64,000 nucleotides of DNA from Psammoneis japonica. Lineage: Eukaryota. Made by a program: the position numbers and the translations under genes. The stretch is taken from the NCBI GenBank assembly GCA_008632985.1, contig QPGO01000007.1:620001-684000 (forward strand), read 5' to 3'. Below the pieces are notes generated by a model. The model had not been told where the DNA came from, made no database searches, and saw nothing but the letters and a program-made list of their open reading frames with translations. The stretch's first letter is position 1. Every line of letters begins with the position of its first letter. Positions 59,898 to 64,000 of the stretch are shown piece by piece.

Positions 59898-61260
59898 GAG
59901 CTTGATGAACTGCTGCTGCTGCTGCTTGAGCTTGAGGAACTGCTGCTGCTGCTGCTCGATGGCGTGGGGGGCAGTCTCCACTGCTGCTGGACGACGACGA
60001 CGACGAACTACTGTGATCCCAGTCGTCACTCGAGGAACGGCTTCGGCTCGAGCTTTTGCTGGAGTACGTTGGGGGCATTGGCGTCGGGGGCGTCGGCATA
60101 GGCGGTGTTGGCGTCGGAGGTGTTGGCACAGGCGGTGTTGGCGTCGGAGGTGTTGGCACAGGCGGTGTCGGTCCTCCCTTACCCTTGCTGCTTGAACTCG
60201 ATCCGCCCTTGCCCTTGCTGCTTGAACTCGAACCGCCCTTGCCCTTGCTGCTCGAAGTCGGGGGATGAGGCTTCGGAGGTGTTGGCGTCGGAGGTGTTGG
60301 CGTCGGAGGTGTCGGTCCTCCCTTACCCTTGCTGCTTGAACTCGATCCGCCCTTGCCCTTGCTGCTCGAAGTCGGGGGATGAGGCTTCGGAGGTGTTGGC
60401 GTCGGAGGTGTTGGCACAGGCGGTGTCGGTCCTCCCTTGCCCTTGCTGCTCGAGCTCGATCCGCCCTTGCCCTTGCTGCTCGAACTCGGTCCGGGATGAG
60501 GCTTCGGCGGCGGAGGAGGNNNNNNNNNNNNNNNNNNNNNNNNNNNNNNNNNNNNNNNNNNNNNNNNNNNNNNNNNNNNNNNNNNNNNNNNNNNNNNNNN
60601 NNNNNNNNNNNNNNNNNNNNNNNNNNNNNNNNNNNNNNNNNNNNNNNNNNNNNNNNNNNNNNNNNNNNNNNNNNNNNNNNNNNNNNNNNNNNNNNNNNNN
60701 NNNNNNNNNNNNNNNNNNNNNNNNNNNNNNNNNNNNNNNNNNNNNNNNNNNNNNNNNNNNNNNNNNNNNNNNNNNNNNNNNNNNNNNNNNNNNNNNNNNN
60801 NNNNNNNNGGCGGCGGCGGAGGAGGAGGAGGAGGCGGCGGCGGAGGAGGAGGAGGAGGCGGCGGCGGAGGTGGCGGCTTTGGTGTCGGCGGCGGCTTAAT
60901 TGGCGCCGGAGGTGGTGGCGGCGGGGGAGTTGGTGCCGGAGTTGGAGGCGGTGTTGGTTCGCTCGTCACAACCGGTGGCGGGGTCGTAGGTGACGGGGTT
61001 GGGAACTTGAATATGACCGTAGAAGACTTTGTGGGAGCACATGTTGTGTCATCGATAAGCAAATCACGATCGGCTCCTCGCAAGTATCCGGTCGATGAAG
61101 TAAGGCGCGAGAAAACGGACGACACAAACGACTTGACTAATCCCGTATTTCCGTGGGCGTTCGCCGTGTCGCTGTTGTCATCACGCAGTGTTGGCAGCGC
61201 GTGAGCAGAATCAGTTGCAAAGGCAGCTAGCACAAACGCGAGAGGGACAGTGACTCTCAT
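58982..61260 (-). CDS. Secreted Pro/Thr- and Ser/Lys/Gly-rich repetitive protein (silaffin-like candidate); spans a gap and an apparent frameshift at 59966-59971
   Basis: Signal peptide MRVTVPLAFVLAAFATDSAHA, 'YLRGADRDL', PTP repeats and SSSSKGKGG repeats; one extra C restores a poly-Ser/SGSKGKGG frame ending in TAG at 58982. Confidence 0.75.
60520..60808. other. Assembly gap (N run) inside a poly-Pro repeat
   Basis: Run of n characters. Confidence 0.99.
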
Positions 61261-61939
61261 TGTTGCTATCCTTGTCTGACGCAAAGAAGATTGCGACCTG
61301 TTCACTTCTTGGTTATGTTCGAGAGGCAAACTTGGTGTTGTTTGAGTTACAAATCGCAAATTATGAGAGATGTTTGCGTTGACGACGATTGCCGATTCTT
61401 TTTGTGAGACGTGTAGAGTTTTTGGCAGTCTTGGCGAGAAAATCACAAGGCGCCAAAAACTCTCATGTCGTATATTAATAACCTTTAACGTTGTAGATGT
61501 AAATAAATGTATATACGAAACGCCACCGCTGCATGGCGCTCCACGATGTATCGCATTTTGAAGCTTCGACGCTTTTGTTTCGTATTCAGCGTTTAATGTT
61601 AATATTTCTTCAGATATGTCTTGATGTCACGCCGCACCTCGAAAGGTATCTTTTACGTAAAATTTGTATGGAGCTGTACAGAGCAAAAAAGACTCGAAAG
61701 ATCCCGCTCTAGCCACGCCATTCGTGTGTGCGATTCGTGTGCTGGAACTGAACTCATGGGGGAGTCGAATTCTAGCGCTGCAGACGTACCATCGACAAGA
61801 CAATACCAAGAACATGTAGAATTGTACTCTGTCCGGCAGGACTAAAATTATTCTTAAAATATGATAGTAAAACGCATGCCGCCATGATTGTCCGTTCCGT
61901 TGAAAATTCATCGTACAAACTGCTGCAAAACCTAAAGTG

Positions 61940-64000
61940 CATGTGTGTGGGGGGAGGAGGCGGGAAAGAGGAGGGGCGCAGTGGATGGTGGACGATGGAA
62001 AAAAGAGAGGGACGCGCGAGACAGCACAGGATGAAAGTGAGCGAAGATTTAGATTGAAGTTGTGGCAGCCAGACATCACATCGTGAATGTGAAAGAATGT
62101 GAAAAAGCAAAGTTGTTGGGCACAGACAATTGAGATCTTCCAAGTGTTGCTGATCTTTGCAAGGTCATTTTCCTTGGCAGCTGGCAGGGGTTGTTGGCCC
62201 AAGCTCAGGAGTTGAAAGCAGTGCGCAACTTTGAGCAACAGGTGCGGCACAACATTTTGTTGGCAGTGTCATTTGGTTCTTTGACAAGCCGGTGCAGTGG
62301 CGCACAAGGCACCACTCCGCTGGCATCATTTGAGGTTGTGTGCACACCATTTGAGAGGGCAAGAAGTCATCTCAAGTCTGCTGCCAGAAAGAACCGCTGG
62401 CTTGTTCACAGGATGAATTTTGTTCAGCACCCTCTGTGTGCACCCAGAGCTCAGCTTGAGACACTTTCCATTGTGACATCCCAAATGCTTTGATGTTTCC
62501 AGAGGTGAAACAGGGTTTGTGTGCCGGCGCTTGTTGATGTCAATGAAAAACAATGTGTTGACTTGCGCCAGTCGTCACACACCAACAATCTTTTTCATCA
62601 GACAAATGAGCACAACGAAAGATCAGGATCCATGCTGCACAAAAGTTGCTGCTTCACGTCGCAGCAGGTCTGCACAATCCCTTCGTTGAGCTTCTTGCTT
62701 GAGGGAAGTTTTGTTGGTTTGTCAAGCAACTGAGCACATTGCTTGAGCAAGATTCTGCAACAAGTCATTCTCAGGCAAAAATGACTTTCAACTCAGACAT
62801 CACAACAGGGATTCACTTGAAGAGCAGCACAAACACTTGACAAAGATTCTGCATGCTGCAGGCCACTCTCATGTCAAAATGACTTTAAGCTCTGGCATCA
62901 CGACAAGCACTCGCTTTTAAAGTGCAACAACAAGTTCATGAAGCCACATCGGTCCCACCCACAAAGCTTTCATGGAACAACTGACACAAGGGATTTGCTT
63001 GGGAGATCAGGGCACCTTCCAAAGGTTCTTTCCCTGAACAACCAACATGATGCCATTCCAATCAGTCAGCTCTCACTTCGTCCGACGGTTGAGTGTCGAC
63101 AATCGGTCGTTTGTCGGATTGTCGCCAAAAAAAATTTCACATTCACAGAAAAATCGGCACACCTCTGTCAGGGTCACCACACATTGTCCTCCATTGCTCG
63201 CACATCACATCTGTTGTCAACTCATCACGTGTGTGACATTGCCGCCCACAACGGGAACAACCTCATCAAACCACTTTCCAGAATTGTTCAGTTGTCAACG
63301 TCAGAATCAACAGCACCCAAAGTGGTGCTGCAATGCATTTGGCCAGTTTGCAAATGCCTGAACACCCCATTGATGCAAACAACAAAAGTGACGTCAAATT
63401 AATGCTGCAAGAAACAGTCAAAAATCCCCAAAATGACAACATGCCTCGAAAATGAGATCATGAAGGTGTGCTTTTCTCTTCACCGAATGAATCACCATCA
63501 ACCATTTGCAACGAACTAAGAGCATCAAAAAAAGTTGCTGCAGCTTTTTTGTGTGATGGTCAAAAAACCCCATTTTTCATTTGGGGTTGGGCACTCATGA
63601 ACCTGCCACCACTCCGGTGTGAAGAGATGCCATGAGATTTCAGCCCGACTCCGGGTCCCTCCCCGGCGTTGACCTGTCACACGGCTGACCCACAGAAGTG
63701 CAGCCAACAGACCAAGTGTCGGGTGCAACACTTGTGAACAAAAAAACAAATCTTGACACTGTGTGTCCTTGAGTCCAGTCAAAGCCAACACAAAAATCAT
63801 TCTCCTGTGCTGCAGTTCCCAGCACAATTTCCACAAAAACCTCGATGTGGACACTTTTTGGACACTCCTGGACACAAGGTTGTCATGTCCGTGATCTGGA
63901 TTTTCAAGGATGACATTTGCTTGCAGAACCATCTGGGCATTTTGCTGAAAACATGCAAAAAGTGCACACAACAATCTCAAAGATCCTTTTGAGCCATCAA
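61940..64000. other. TpA-depleted block F (unidentified element, continues beyond the window)
   Basis: Abrupt loss of TA after ~61935; survivors mainly TTAA/CTAA. Confidence 0.75.

Noticed and set aside
59001..60993. Plus-strand Leu/Pro/Glu, poly-Cys and poly-Arg ORFs, and the minus-strand Ala/Arg tail
   Set aside because: Antisense or shifted readings of the Ser/Lys/Gly repeat gene.
13230..64000. Sequencing or base-calling artefact as the cause of TA loss
   Set aside because: Judged unlikely because the pattern is confined to repeats, copy-specific and leaves long ORFs without indels. It cannot be fully excluded without raw reads.

Overview
Eukaryotic nuclear DNA, very probably from a diatom: short GT-AG introns, bipartite plastid presequences, diatom-type Copia/Gypsy elements and a Ser/Lys/Gly-rich secreted protein with an RxL site. 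Ordinary host genes include XPB helicase, SmG, a kinesin-4-like motor, a flavin amine oxidase, a B-lectin protein, a rhamnose mutarotase, a GAT protein, PrxQ, NRT2, PheRS-beta and a silaffin-like protein. They alternate with six transposon-derived blocks (~13.2-23.7, 24.5-31.4, 33.9-38.1, 42.7-48.6, 50.5-53.3 and 61.9-64 kb). The main signal is that TpA is almost erased in these blocks and replaced by TpG or CpA, i.e. A:T->G:C transitions at TpA on both strands. It shows directly in paired LTRs, paired TIRs, a 42-bp tandem array and Tyr->Cys/His changes in retroelement proteins (RT YIDD->CVDD). Host genes, promoter-like islands and a ~0.9-kb patch inside pol are spared. This looks like repeat-targeted, post-insertion hypermutation running opposite to fungal RIP; the mechanism is not visible in the sequence. 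Also notable are three adjacent genes, one a kinesin, sharing an unrecognised C-terminal 'LRPWQ...ALHIW' domain, and a Copia element ending in an inverted partial LTR inside its target-site duplication. All alignments and counts were done by eye.
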